NCBI GenBank assembly: GCA_963732485.1
Contig: CAVSZS010000010.1
Location: 7,573-71,572, forward strand
Direction: 5' to 3'
From: Candidatus Aminicenantes bacterium
Lineage (GTDB): Bacteria; Acidobacteriota; Aminicenantia; UBA2199
Length of the DNA stretch: 64,000 nt
Below, one piece after another: positions 20,080 through 32,200 of this stretch. The notes beneath the pieces are model-generated. The model was not told the DNA's origin, searched no databases, and saw only the letters and a program-made list of their open reading frames with translations. Numbering within the stretch: position 1 is the first letter of the stretch; every line of letters begins with the position of its first letter. Both the position numbers and the translations under genes were made by a program.

Positions 20080-23000
20080 TTAGCGTTTTTTCTCTTTCCA
20101 GAAGAGTAGTCCGCCGGTATAGGTCAATTTTATATTCATTATCCTCTGGGCAGGCGGGATCGAGGCCAGTTCGGCCGTGCCCTGGATGATGGTGTAGTCT
20201 TTGAACATGCCACCGCCGGCAAAGCGACCGGCTTCCTTGACGCCGGCTACGGTGCCGTCCCCGCAGTAATCGAGACAGATATCGTAGAACGTCATGGTCG
20301 AGTCCTCCGGGGCGTTGCAGTCGTCGGAGGCGGAGGCGGTGTCGGGCGGGCGCTGGTAGGTGTTGAAATAGATGTGGGAACGCAGATATTCATCCGGCAG
20401 GATGACCGGATCGGGATCGAATAACTTCTCGTATTGGGCCGAGTCGGGGAAAGTGAAGTACCAGCCCCACTTGTTGGCGACTTTGATGGAGGTTGCGTTC
20501 AGAGTGTTGTCAGTCCACGAGAGAGCCACCAAGTCGCCGATCAGGATGTCATTTTTTTGCACCGCTTCGTCATTGACCGTAGTGGTACCGTCGCGCAGGG
20601 ACACCAACTTGCCGTAAGTGGGATTGGTGCGCGACCGCGTGCGGTCGCCGGTGCCGAACGTCACCCAGAGGTTGGCGCACTTGTCGAATGCGACGGCGGG
20701 CGGCAGGAAGATGGGATCGAAGCTGCGCACCAGGACCTGCTCCCCATTTAAAAAACCGGGGCCGCCGGAGGACGGGGTCGCCTGGATGGTCAATTCGTTG
20801 TTGGCGCTGTCGACGTTGCCGATTACACCCATGGCGTGGGAGACGGAGCCTATTACGCTCTGGTCCTCGGTATAATTGGCGACGCTGTTGACCCTGACGA
20901 TGGCGCCGCTCACGTTGCTGATGGTGGCGCTGGCGCTATCTGTTAATACATGCTTGAACAATTGGTAGGTTTTCCAGTCGCCTGGTGTGACCTTCGAAAT
21001 GTCGGTTTTAAAGAGATGGCCGGCCACATTACCAAAATAAATGGTGTCCAAATAGCCATTGTTATCGCGGTCCACGGCGGTCAGGCCGGAGGGAATCGAA
21101 TAATTGAACTCGGGCTTCCTGGTCAGGAGCCGCACCCCGGATACGGCGGTGTCGATGGCGACTGTATTCGTATCGTCATCCACGCCGTTGGTCGGGTCGT
21201 ACCCGATCATCCACACCAGCTCGCCACTGGACGCATCGATAACGAAAACGGCCTTGCCTTTCAAGTCGTTCGGGTTTTCGTTGTTGAAGGCGAACCCGGC
21301 GGCAACGACAACGACCCAACGGTCGATGTTCTTCCCGGCGGTGGTGTCGTAATAATTGATCTTGCCGATGATCGGCTTGTCCCAGCTCTCGCCGCTGTAG
21401 GTGCCGTCCTCGAACTTCCACAGCACGTTGGGCTGGCTTTCCACGCTGGTGATGTCCAGGGCATAATAGGCGTTGCCGCCGTGTCGCAGCCCGAAAGCCA
21501 GGATTGTCTTCCATACATTGGAGGCCCCCCGGTAATAGATGTCTTCGGCGCTCATGCGGCCGTCAACAGTGAAGGTGTAATCCCGGTCCACCAGGATGCC
21601 GGTCAGCGACGGCAGGATGGCGTCAGGGATAAAACCCCAGAGCTCCTCGCCGGTCAAAGCGTCGATCTGGTGCAAAACTCCGTCATTGGAACCGGTGTAG
21701 AGTACTTTCCGGCGCGCCGCCTTGTCGGTGAAGAGCTTTTCGTAGCAACGCGCGTCCTCGGTCTTGTCGAGGCCGGAAGTCGTGCCGCAGTCGCTCGGGT
21801 TGAGGCTGCTAAGGTATTTTTTGCCGATCAGAGGCGGCCCGACGTAGGCGATATCGGAATGGAAGATATCGCCTAAAATCTTCCCCAGCGCGGTTGTCCC
21901 GTTGTTCATGGTCGTGATGATGTAGTTGGCGCTGGTGTCGTTCACGGTCAGGCCCAAGGTCTGGAGCGAGTCCCGGTTGGCCAGGGTGAAGGCAACCGGG
22001 GTCGTGTCATTGTTGCTGTATAGATTGCGGGCAGCAGTACGCTCGCTTAATAACGGCGCCGCGTCCCACGTTTCCTTGTCGGCCATTTCGATCGTGCGCT
22101 TGCAGGTCAGGTTGGGATACGTCTCGGAGCGTGGATTAGCGCTCTGGCATTCGAATTCGGTCTCGTATTTCGTGGCGCAATCATCGCCGTCCAGGCCGTC
22201 GTTCTCGAAATCCGGGCACCACACGTCGGTCACCTTGAACGACTGCAGGTGCCCCAGCCAGAACGGGGAATCGGCGGAAAGCTCCGCCGACGGCATGAAG
22301 TAGCCGACATAGGACGCGCCCTCGCCCACGTTGGTGGTCACGCGCTTGGGAGCGGTGAAGGCGGCGAAGGCGAAGTCGCGCAGGTTGATATTGTTGATGA
22401 TCGACGTCAGGGCCGATTTCAGCTGCGTGGCGTTGGAAGCGGTGTAATACTGGCCGCCGCCGTTGCGGGCGGTCTCGGCCAGCATCATGTTGTCCATCGT
22501 CAGGCCGACGACATAGGTCGAGATGGTCTGCTTGCCGATCATGTCGGCGAAGTTCGGGTTGGTTTCCGGGAACAGGTCGTAGTTGTACATCAGGTAGGCC
22601 ACGTCATCGAGATAGTCGCTGCCGTTGGTGTCCCAGCAGGTGTTGCCCGGGCAATAGGTGCGGCTGGAACTGCTCAGGGTGGGGTCGTTGGCATCGAGGT
22701 CGCCCCAGCCGGAAGTACAAACCCCGGTTGTCGAATTAAGGACCATGGGCGCTTTCGAGCTGGTTTTGAAAACGGAATAGTTGTATTTGTAGTCTGTGAA
22801 TTGATCTTGGGTGGACTGGCCGTCGGTGATAATGATCACGTAGCTGTTCCGGCAGTAGGGCTGGATGGGCGTGGCGGCAAGCATTGTGGACGCGGTGCCG
22901 GAGGTGTACTTGGCCGTGTTGGGCATATAAGAGCCGCCTCCCTTGAAATACTTCCAGATGTCGGCCAGCGCCTCGGCGAGGGGCGTCCAGGTCTCGGCGG

Positions 23001-24052
23001 CAACGCCCCCGATGGTGGACTTGAAGGATGCGAGGTCGAAGGAATCCGATATGGAGTATAACTGGCTGGCCGCCGTCGTTGGATGAGGAGAATATGGTCA
23101 AGCCCAGGCGGCAATCCTCGTGCACATCGTCGGCCAGGTTCTGCAGTGTACTGCGGGCGACGCGGATCCTGACCAGGCCGGCCTCCTGCAGGACGCCGTT
23201 CTCGTCGGGGAACTTCCCCTGGTTGGCGCCGCTGGCCCAGGCGCTCACCTCGTTGATCTGGGTTTCCGTGGCATAATAGGCCAGCCACTTCAGGTAATTG
23301 AGGTCATACCGGTTGCCACTGTACCCCTCCTGGGTGGACCCATAAAGCGTGATGGGGATGGATTCCTCATAATTGGAATCGGCAGTTTCGCTGAACGACA
23401 CGCTGTTGTCAGTGGTGTCGATCACTTTGTGGACGTTCAGGTAGAGGTATGGATAGGTCGAGTTGGGGTTGGCGCTGGTCCCGGTCACGGTGATTTCGTA
23501 GTAGTACCTTCTTCTGCTCCCCGAGCCCTCCGTTTTCTGAGCGACATTTGAAATGGTCGCGGTATAGTTACAGCTGCAGACGGAGTTGCTGACATTGCAG
23601 AGGAAAGAGATCACCTGGCCGATCGCAGGTGGCGTGGGGTAATAATACTCGTCGGGGTTGCTGTAATAGACCTTCCATTTGCGCGTAGGACTGGAGCTGA
23701 TTGTGCTGTCCCATTGGGCGTAGGAATCATATTCGCATCTGTAGTTGATCCTGCCGCGGTTGATGTAGAACGTCTTGATCACATTCAGACGGAGGTCGTT
23801 CCAGTTAAAAATACCATCAGTATCGCCAGGCCTAGCTTCGCTCAGTATCGTGTTCGGGTTGTAGCTCGGGTGGAAGATCACGGTCTGCATGGAGCCGGAG
23901 TTGTCCATCAGGACCATGAGGTTGGGCTTGATCTTGTTCGTGCCGGTGACCCCCATGAATAGCTCGCGGTCGTCGGTCAGGCGCTGGGCCCAGGCAGGAC
24001 CCGCCAGGACAATCAACGCCAGGATGAAAAAGAAATACTTTTTTTTCAACAT
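20080..24052 (-). CDS. pilY1: Type IV pilus tip-associated adhesin PilY1 (N-terminal vWA domain + C-terminal beta-propeller), one frameshift near 23045
   Basis: N-terminal ORF: signal peptide, vWA MIDAS LMVLMDNSGSMQ. After ...SSSNDGGQ the frame switches (true continuation QLYSISDSFDLASFKSTIGGVAAETWTPLAEALADIWKYFKGGGSY) into the 948-aa ORF (IIITDGQST, PilY1/PilC propeller). Confidence 0.7.
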
Positions 24053-24064
24053 ATGCGGCCTCCT

Positions 24065-24582
24065 TTAATATCCGGTCAGTAAAATCGAATAAATGCCGGC
24101 TTCGATCTCGGTGTAGGCGGTCTTTTTCCCCATCTTCACCTCAGAGGTGATCGGTACCATCCAGATGATCGGGCTCACGCCGGTGCTCGATCCCGAGCGA
24201 CATGGCGGGAAGCGGCGGCGGCGGAAAGCCGTCGAAGCGGGAGATGGATGCCGCGACGGTGGCCGTTTCATTCTTCAGGGCCTGCATGTCGCTCAGGGAG
24301 CCAGTGATGAAGATCTTGCTCGAGCCCAGGTCATCGTCGATCACGTAGATGTTGTCAAGCCCGTAGCTGAGGCTGGCGATCAGGTCGGGGTTGAGCGTAT
24401 TGCGGATATCCTCGATTACCACCTCCACTCCCTCCACTGCTTTGTAATAGGAGAGCTTTTTCATGAGATTGTTCTGGGTTGTATGGACCTCGGTTGTGCT
24501 GACCGTCAGCCCGGCCACCAGGATCAGCGACAGGATCAGTCGTGGCGATGATCGCCAGTACGAGCATGCTTCCTTTTTCCAT
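24065..24582 (-). pseudogene. PilX-like minor pilin, at least two frameshifts
   Basis: MEKGSMLVLAIIATT... (prepilin-like N-terminus) continues in two other frames (ILSLILVAGLTVSTTEVHTT...; ...SGSSTGVSPIIWMVPITSEVKMGKKTAYTEIEAGIYSILLTGY*). Confidence 0.45.
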
Positions 24583-24591
24583 GTTGTTCTC

Positions 24592-25648
24592 CTATATCTT
24601 GATGTTAAAATTGCGCGGCTGCACCAAGAAGGTGAAGATCCTGTAATTGAACTTGCCGGGAGGCAGCAATTCTTCGCTGCGGTCGGCCAGCTGCGGCAAC
24701 GGATAAGTGATCGTCCCCTTGCCCGGGTAGTCGTCGGTGAGGGCCACAATGTTGGCTGTCATTTCCTTCACAGTCTTCAATCGCAAGGCATTCAGCAGGT
24801 TGTCCAGGGAAACGCTGCCATTTTTGGAGATAATAATCGTCCTGGTAACCGATATGTTTGGAAAATTCGGGTAGGCGGTATATACCAGCTGCATATCCCA
24901 GACATTCTCGGCAATGATCCCTTTCGACGCGGTGCTGGCGGCGGCGAGCACGTCGGCCTCGCCGTTGCAGTCGGTAACGCGCACCAGCTCGCGCACGTTG
25001 CGTCCCTTGGCGTTGTCGTAGCGCTCCTGAACCAGATAGATGCTGAATTCACTCAAGCGCATGACCGGAGCATTGATCGGGTAGGTCACGGCATTACCCA
25101 TGACCGTCTCCGGGTCGTTGTAATTGGGCGGTGTTCAGCAGCCCGGAGTAATAGACCGGGGTGGCTTCCATGGTGAGCGAGGTGGCGCTGACGCCGGCTA
25201 CTGCGAAGACATAGAAGCCTTCGGGCGCCGATCAGTGCTGCCCTGGTCGCCGATGGCCCAGGCCGGTGTGGCATTGGTGTTGTTGAGCAGCAGGGTGGAA
25301 GATGACGGGGTCGCGATAGCGGTGAGTTTGCTGACAGCGTTGGGGTCGCCGCTGGCCACGATCACGCCGTCGGGGAAGCTGGTGTTGTTCAGCGGGTAGA
25401 TGCCGCTGAAATAAGGCGGCGTGGACAGAAAGCCGCCGGTGTTGGTCAGGGTCATCACGGCGCCGGCGTTCTTCAACTCCGAGCTGAACACCGACATCAG
25501 GAAACGCGACTCCTGAGTCTGGCGCACCCGCGCCTGCTCGGTGCCCGAGACATCGCGATAATACATGATCATCAGGTAAACGGCGCTCATGATGATCATC
25601 ATCAGCACCAGGACGACCATGGATTCCACCAGTGTAAAGCCCTTGCGT
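24592..25648 (-). pseudogene. PilW-like minor pilin; N-terminal pilin segment and C-terminal segment in different frames
   Basis: N-term MHNA(K)GFTLVESMVVLVLMMIIMSAVYLMI needs an A inserted in gcaaggg to put the start codon in frame; 150-aa N-terminal block (25198-25648) and 169-aa C-terminal block (24592-25101) are out of frame. Confidence 0.45.
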
Positions 25649-25649
25649 T

Positions 25650-26068
25650 GTGCATGTCAGCCTCCCCGCCTCGAGGTCAGGACGACGCGGAAGGGGTAGC
25701 GTATCGCCGCGGTTTCCGTATTCGACCGTCACCTGGATCGTCAGCATCGAAGCCGATGCCATCCATAGTGAGCACCGTAGTTCGTCGGTATTGGTTGTCC
25801 TTGTTGGGATTGCTGGTCACAGGAGTGGACAAGCGTTTGTTCTCTTCCACCAGTATTCGATGTTTGCCGGCGGCATCTGCGACGCCGGATACTTGAGATA
25901 CTCCTCCATTTTGCTTTCGGCCAGGGAGATGGCCATGTTCTTGGCTCCGGCGTAACGGTTCGTGACCATCTGCTGGGTGAAGCCGGACAGGATGCCGACC
26001 ACGACGAAGATGACGATGGTCATGGCCAGCAGAGCCTCGACCAGGGTAAAGCCGTTAGTTTTTTTCAA
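25650..26068 (-). pseudogene. PilV/PilE-like pilin, frameshifted after ~83 aa
   Basis: MKKTNGFTLVEALLAMTIVIFVVVGILSGF (class III signal peptide, G/FTLVE cleavage-methylation motif); reading frame ends at 25817 but the pilin body should continue. Confidence 0.45.
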
Positions 26069-26567
26069 CTTTCAACCCTCCGTAAGGAAGTATTTGGATG
26101 GTGCGGTCGTAGGCGATTTCGTCCGTTGACAGGCCCCGCCCTTTGCGGATAAAGAAGCGCAAGGAGGTGCCGCTGGGACTCACCGTGAGATCGATGGGCA
26201 GGGGGCGTACCTCGCCGGTGGAGTTGATGGCGAAGTCGCTCACCTCGCCGGAGTTGAAGAACGTCCGGTCCGATAACGGCCGGATGGTCTTTACCAGGGT
26301 CCAGGTGGTGGGGTCGGTGATGTCGGTCTGCTTGGAAATGATATAGGAGAGGCCGTCAGAGGAGAAGGTGATGGCCACGTAGCGGTTCTCGGACGAGGCG
26401 ATCAGCTTGGCCTGCGAAAAATCGGCCAGGAAATTGTTGATCAGCCCAGTGATGCGCGAATTGGCCGTCACACTTCTCGCCGATGCGCGCCACCATGACG
26501 ATGAGCACGGCGAGCATGACCATGGTGATCAGCAGTTCCACCAGCGTAAAACCTCTCTTTTTTTGTC
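26055..26567 (-). pseudogene. FimT/GspH-like minor pilin, two frameshifts (one in an A7 run)
   Basis: atgacaaaaaaagagag then frame slip to GFTLVELLITMVMLAVLIVMVARIGE; GspH-like C-terminal body (26055-26471) in a third frame. Confidence 0.45.
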
Positions 26568-26929
26568 ATCGATTTCTCCTATTTAGTAAAGCATTATCCA
26601 TGCCAAACGCACAGGGCCAGCGAAGGAAAACGACGCGAAAAGCGTGCCTGACTGGCGATCATGACGAAAACTACCGGAGTCGGCAAGAATTAGTATTGAA
26701 AATAATTTGGGTATATTTTATACAACTGTAAGGCTCTCTCCATATTCAGCCCCCACGAACGGGCCAGCGCCCTATCTATTTTTTTTGTTGAGCAGCAAAG
26801 AGATGGTGAAGAAAAAGAGCAGGTTCAGCAGGATGGCGGCGAATAACCGGTAAAAGTCGACGACTCGGAGCACCTCCACGGCGCGCCTTTATCCCCTCTC
26901 CCCTCGGTCCCCTGCCGGGTCTCCGGACG

Positions 26930-27661
26930 TCACGATTTGATCTTGAAGCGCAGGCCGCTGAAGACAAAGGTCAGGGCGTTGAAAAGCAGGCCGAGCAGCG
27001 CGCCGAGGACGGCGAAGGCCAGGAAGCCCGCGATGCCGCCGAGGGCGCCGAAGAACAACCCGCCCAGGAACTTGCCGCGCATCTCCTGGAGCATGACCGG
27101 AAACTGGTAGATCAGGTCGCCGAGCAGGTTGAAGATGCCGAACGAGGCGCCGAAGATGACCCCGAGGACCAGTCCGAGCCCGCCCAGAAAAATGACCAGC
27201 GAAAAAACGCGCACCGAGCGGATATGGATCTCGTCGCCGGCCATGCGGCGTTCCGGCTTGGTTGTCCCGGCCTTGGGGCTGGCGCCGCAGAAACGGCAAT
27301 ACGCGTCGTGCTCGTCCATGCGCGAATGGCAGAAGCGGCACAGCGTTTCCGGCTTCTCGCCGACCGCTTCTTCTTTTGCCGCCACGGCCGGCCGGGGTCT
27401 TTCAACTGTAGCGGCCTCGGGCTGCAGCACGAGCGGCGTCGCCTCGTGCTCGTATGGGTCGGCGGAATTCCAGGCGCTGCCGTCGTACATGTACCAGCCC
27501 CCGGTCTTGCCGCCGAGCATCCAGAAACGGTTCTCGTCGTCGCGGAGCATCATTTTCTTCAGCTCGGACTTCATGTCCTCGGCCGAGACCTCACCGGAGG
27601 CGTGGCGCTCCTTCAGATCTTTATAAAGCCTTTCGAGGTCCCTGAACTTTTTCGCTTCCAT
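26930..27661 (-). CDS. Zinc-ribbon (CxxC-x10-CxxC) membrane protein, hypothetical; occupies the dedD-like position downstream of folC
   Basis: ATG 27659-27661 (MEAKKFRDLERLYKDL...); LCRFCHSRMDEHDAYCRFCG zinc ribbon; C-terminal glycine-zipper TM region. Confidence 0.55.
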   Translation of the reverse strand: MEAKKFRDLERLYKDLKERHASGEVSAEDMKSELKKMMLRDDENRFWMLGGKTGGWYMYDGSAWNSADPYEHEATPLVLQPEAATVERPRPAVAAKEEAVGEKPETLCRFCHSRMDEHDAYCRFCGASPKAGTTKPERRMAGDEIHIRSVRVFSLVIFLGGLGLVLGVIFGASFGIFNLLGDLIYQFPVMLQEMRGKFLGGLFFGALGGIAGFLAFAVLGALLGLLFNALTFVFSGLRFKIKS

Positions 27662-28958
27662 GCTTTTTCCTCCGCGCGCCATGCGCGAGCGCAACGGCCC
27701 TTAACCCGCCTACCAGGTATAATGAACCGCACCCTATTATAGTTCTTTTGAATTTTTTTGCAACCGCCAGGGCCTGCGCGGGATCGCGCGCTACGAGGCA
27801 CTTCCTGCCCGGAAAGTAGCGCGCCAGCTCCCCGGAAGGCAGCGCCCGCGGCGAAGCGGGCGCGCACAGGACAACGTGGGCCGCCAGCGGCGCCAGCATG
27901 CGGGCCATGCCGGGATACTGCTTGTCGCACAGGACACCGAACAGCAGCGTGAAGCCGCGGATGTTCTCCTCGCGCAGGTAATCCGTCAGGACGCGGATGC
28001 CGGCGCGGTTGTGGCCGCCGTCGAGGATGACAGGCGGCCGGCCGCCCAGGATTTCGATGCGCGCCGGGATGGTCATGTCGCGGATGCCGGCGCGAATGGC
28101 GCCGTTGCTGATCGCCAGGCCCCGTTCCTTCAGCGCGTCGATGGCGGCCACGGCCATGGCTGCGTTGCGGGCCTGGTGGCGGCCGCGCTGTGTTACGCGG
28201 AAGCGGTATTCATGGCTGGCACTGAAGTAGCGGCAGGCGTAGCCGCCGCGTTTTTTTTCGACTTCCAGGCGCCGGGGCGGGGCAAAGGCCTCGATCAGGG
28301 GCGCGGACGCGGCGCGGGCCGCGTCGCGAATGACGTGCGCCGCCGTCGTGCGCGGCGGGCAGCCGCTGACAATGGGCACGCCCGGGCGCGCGATGCCGGC
28401 CTTTTCCGCGGCGATGGCGGCCAGGGTCTTGCCCAGGATGTCCATATGGTCCATGGCGATGTTGGTGATCAGCGAAATCTCGGGCGTCACCGTGCTGGTG
28501 GCATCCAGGCGTCCGCCCAGGCCCACTTCCAGCACCACCCAATCCGCCCGGCGCCGGGCGAAATGATACAGGGCGGCCAGGAACAGGGTCTCGAAAAAAG
28601 TGGGAAGGTTGGCGATCGCGCCTTCGGCCAGCAGCGGCGCGGACAGGTCGCGGACGGCGCTGATCGCGCGGGCGAACGCGGCGGGCGCGATCGGTTCCCC
28701 GTCCAGGCGGATGCGCTCGCGCACGTCCTGCAGGTGCGGCGAAGTGAACAGGCCTACCCGCCAGCCGGCAGCCTGCAGGATGGCGGCGATGTAATGCGAG
28801 GTGGAACCCTTGCCGTTGGTGCCGGCGACCTGCACGTACCTGGCGCCGCCGCGGGCAAAGGGCGCCCGCTCGATTACGCGGCGGATATTTTCCAGCGAAA
28901 GCTTGCCGGTTTCTCCCTGTATCTGGTTCAGGTAGGAAAGTGCCGCGGCATAGCGCAT
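27621..28958 (-). CDS. folC: Folylpolyglutamate synthase / dihydrofolate synthase
   Basis: Mur-ligase fold: P-loop VAGTNGKGST, SPHL..., HN..AAIA motifs; 445 aa. Confidence 0.85.
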   Translation of the reverse strand: MRYAAALSYLNQIQGETGKLSLENIRRVIERAPFARGGARYVQVAGTNGKGSTSHYIAAILQAAGWRVGLFTSPHLQDVRERIRLDGEPIAPAAFARAISAVRDLSAPLLAEGAIANLPTFFETLFLAALYHFARRRADWVVLEVGLGGRLDATSTVTPEISLITNIAMDHMDILGKTLAAIAAEKAGIARPGVPIVSGCPPRTTAAHVIRDAARAASAPLIEAFAPPRRLEVEKKRGGYACRYFSASHEYRFRVTQRGRHQARNAAMAVAAIDALKERGLAISNGAIRAGIRDMTIPARIEILGGRPPVILDGGHNRAGIRVLTDYLREENIRGFTLLFGVLCDKQYPGMARMLAPLAAHVVLCAPASPRALPSGELARYFPGRKCLVARDPAQALAVAKKFKRTIIGCGSLYLVGGLRAVALAHGARRKKHGSEKVQGPRKAL

Positions 28959-28982
28959 CGCCCGCTCAGCAGCGAAAACCGC

Positions 28983-29216
28983 TTAGTTGTCCTGCCCGCC
29001 CTCGCCGTCCTCGAATTCGTTCTTGACGCCCAGGATGTTGGAAGCGCCGTCATAGATCAGGCGGGTGGCTTTCTTCTGTTCCTGCAGTTGCGCAATGACG
29101 TCCTTGACCCGGGCCAGCTCTTCCTCGATCTTGGCGTCGATTATCTCAATCTGCTTCTTCGCTTCCCGGAGAGTGGATTCATAGAACGCCTTGGCCTCGA
29201 TCTTCAGTTTTTCCAT
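28983..29216 (-). CDS. Small coiled-coil protein (77 aa), hypothetical
   Basis: Heptad-rich (KIEAKAFYESTLREAKKQIEIIDAKIEEELARVKDVIAQLQEQKK), acidic tail; tightly packed between folC and the kinase gene. Confidence 0.45.
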   Translation of the reverse strand: MEKLKIEAKAFYESTLREAKKQIEIIDAKIEEELARVKDVIAQLQEQKKATRLIYDGASNILGVKNEFEDGEGGQDN

Positions 29217-29228
29217 CAGTTCACCTCG

Positions 29229-32200
29229 TTATTTTTTTATTGTCATCGGAACGGTTTTCCAAACTTTGACCCGCAATGAATCCTTGACGGCCGGCTTGTA
29301 CTTCCAGGTCTTGATCAGTTCGCTCAGGATGGTGTTCAGCTGGCCGACATTGGATTTCTGCAGCAGGCGCACGGTCTCCACGTCGCCGTTGTGATTGATC
29401 AGCACGGTGAACATCAGGGTCTGATCGCCCTGCATGCTGCTGCGCACGGAGGCGGGAATGTTCGGCCCCGGAGTGGAGATGGCGACGGGCGCGGTGTCGA
29501 CGTTGTTCATGGGGACGATGTCGCCTTCCTTGATGCGGTTCTGCTCGGCGCGCTTCAGCTCGTCGGCCTTATTGCGGTCCTCTTCTTCCTTCTTCAGGCG
29601 GTCGGCCTCCTCCTGCTTCTTGCGGCTTTCCTCTTCCTGCTGCAAGCGGGCGGTTTCTTCAAGCTTCAGGCGCTCTTCCTCATCCTTTTTCAGGCGATCA
29701 GCCTCTACTTTCTTGCGCCGGTCTTCCTGGATTTTTTTCTTTTCCTCTTCGGCCTGGATCTGTTTCAGCTCCTCTTCCTGCTTTAGTTTCGCCTCGTCCA
29801 GCAGCTTCTGGGTGGCGGCGAGCTCATCGGCGATCTTCTTCATCGCCGGGGTCTGGGTGTCGGCGGGCGCCGGCAGGCCGGCGGCCGTGGTGGCGCCTGC
29901 GGCCTGGGTAACGGGCTTGCGATCGACGGCCGGGGCCGCGGGCTTGTTGAGCACGAAGAAATACACTCCGGCGGCGATGGCGCCGACCAGCAGCACGACG
30001 GCCAACGGCAGCAGGGGGAATTTTTTCTTTTCCTTTTCCAGTTCATGAAAAAGGGATTCGGGCTTGAACAGCTCTTTTTCCGGCACGGCCTGCCTTTTGG
30101 CTGCGACCGGGGCTTTGTCGTCGTCGAAATTGATGCTGACGGCGGCTCCAGACGGCGCCGGCCGGGGAACCGGCGGCGGCGGCATGGGGGGCGGGGGCAC
30201 GACCTGGATCTCCGGCAGCGGCTTCGGCTTTTCCGCCGGCGGCATGGGCTTGGGGATTTCGCGCACCTTGGGAGTGTACGGCAGGGGCTTCAGGTCGACC
30301 TTGATCCCCTCGCGATGGATGTCGCCTTCGAATAGACTGTAGATGAAATGAGAGAGGTGGACCGGGCTCGGGGCGCGGTCGTACTTCTTGTGTATGAAGG
30401 CCTCCAGGTCGGCGATCATGGCCGCGGCGCTCTGGTAGCGCTTGTCGCACTCTTTGCTCAACGCGGTCAGGAGAATCTTTTCCAGCATCGGGTCGATGTC
30501 GGGATTGACCTGGCGCGGCGGGATGATCTCGCCGTTCTGCACCTTCTTGAGCACCATCATTTCCGTGGTGTCCAGGAACAGCTTCTTGCCGGTCAGCAGT
30601 TCGAACAGCACCACGCCTGCCGAATAGAGGTCGGAGCGGTAATCGATGCCGCTCTCGCCGCAGGCCTGCTCCGGGGACATATAGAGCAGTTTGCCTTTGA
30701 GCGCCCCCGACAGCGTCTGGTGGATCTTGATCGCGGCCTTGGAAACGCCGAAATCGGTCAGCTTGACCTCGCCGTTGTAGGAGATCAGGATGTTGGGCGG
30801 CGAAACGTCGCGGTGGACGATCTCCAGCGGGCGGCCGCGGCTGTCCTTGGCCTTGTGGGCGTAATTCAGCGCCTCGAGTATCTTGATGGTCAGCGAGATG
30901 GCGATCTCTTCGGGGAACCACTTGTCATGCTCGCGCAACCGGGTCTGGATCTCGCGCAGGTCCTTGCCCAGCACGTATTCCATGGCGATAAAATAGTAAT
31001 TGTCCTTGCGCCCCAGGTCGTAGATCTGGACGATGTTGGGATGCGAGAGCTCGGCCGCGATCTTGGCCTCGTCGACGAGCATCTCGATATACTTGTCGTC
31101 CTCGCCGTAGCCGGAGAGGATCTTCTTGATGGCGATCACCTTTTCGAAGCCCTTGACCCCCTTTTTCTTGGCCTTGTAGATCTCGGCCATGCCGCCGCGG
31201 GCGATCATGCCCAGCAGGACGTAATCCCCCACTTCGTTGGGGTTGTCCGCGGGAGCGACCTTGATCTCGGGCATCGCCTCCGCGACCGCCCTGGCCTCGG
31301 GCACAGGCACCGGAGCCGACGTCAGGGGCTTGGCCGCCGGTGGTTCTACGCGCAGGATGTCTTCACCCAGCTCGATCACTTCGTCCTGGATGGTCTCGTG
31401 GATCTCTTTGACCATGACCTTTTCCGCTGGCGGTGGCGCCGGCCGCGGCTCGAGTTTCACGGTCACCTTCGTCGGGGGCGGCGGCGGCGGTTCGGGGCGC
31501 GGCGCCGCGGGGGGTACGATCACGGTCGGCTTGGCGGGGGCGGCGCTTTTCTTCTGCAGGCCGAGCCCGGAAAGGGTGTCTTCGAATTTGCGGGCGATAT
31601 CGTCCTCGATCTTGCGCATCTGGCTGCCCGGGGCTTCGCGCTTGACCTGGTGCGGGCGCAGGCCCTCAATACTGGCGTCGATCCTCCCGGCGCTGGAGGC
31701 CGGGACGGAGCCGGCTGCGGGCGCGGCAACGGTTTTTTTGGGTTGGCGCAGGCTGTCCAGGTCGAAGGCCGCGGTCGGGGCGGGCCGGCTGTCCGCTTTT
31801 CTCGGCGCGGCGGCAGGCTGCGGCTCGACCTTGAGAAGCACGGTGCGGCCGGGGTCGGCCGGGCGCGCTTCCGGCTTCTTGGCCGGCGGTTCCGCTTTCT
31901 TGGGGGCGGCCTTGCCGCCCTCGCCCAGGTCGATCTCAAACGCGGGGACACTGTCCATCTTCTGGATGATATCGCCGAAAATGTCGGCGGAGCTCAGCTT
32001 GTTCTCCTCGTCGTCATCGAATTTCGGCGCCGGGATCTTGGCCGTGTCGAACACGGGGATGCGGGTGTTCGCCACGGCGGCGGTGGGGGCCAGTTCAGCT
32101 TCCGTCACATTGAGCAGATCCAGCACGCGTTTGCGCAGCTTGTCGCGGTCCAGGGGCTTTTCAAAAAAATCGCTGGCCCGGTACTGGGTGATGGCCTGGT

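Noticed and set aside
26776-26967. 63-aa minus-strand ORF (MSSAACASRSNRDVRRPGRG...)
   Set aside because: Arg/Gly/Pro-rich, overlaps the C-terminal coding region of the Zn-ribbon membrane protein in another frame; typical GC-rich spurious ORF.
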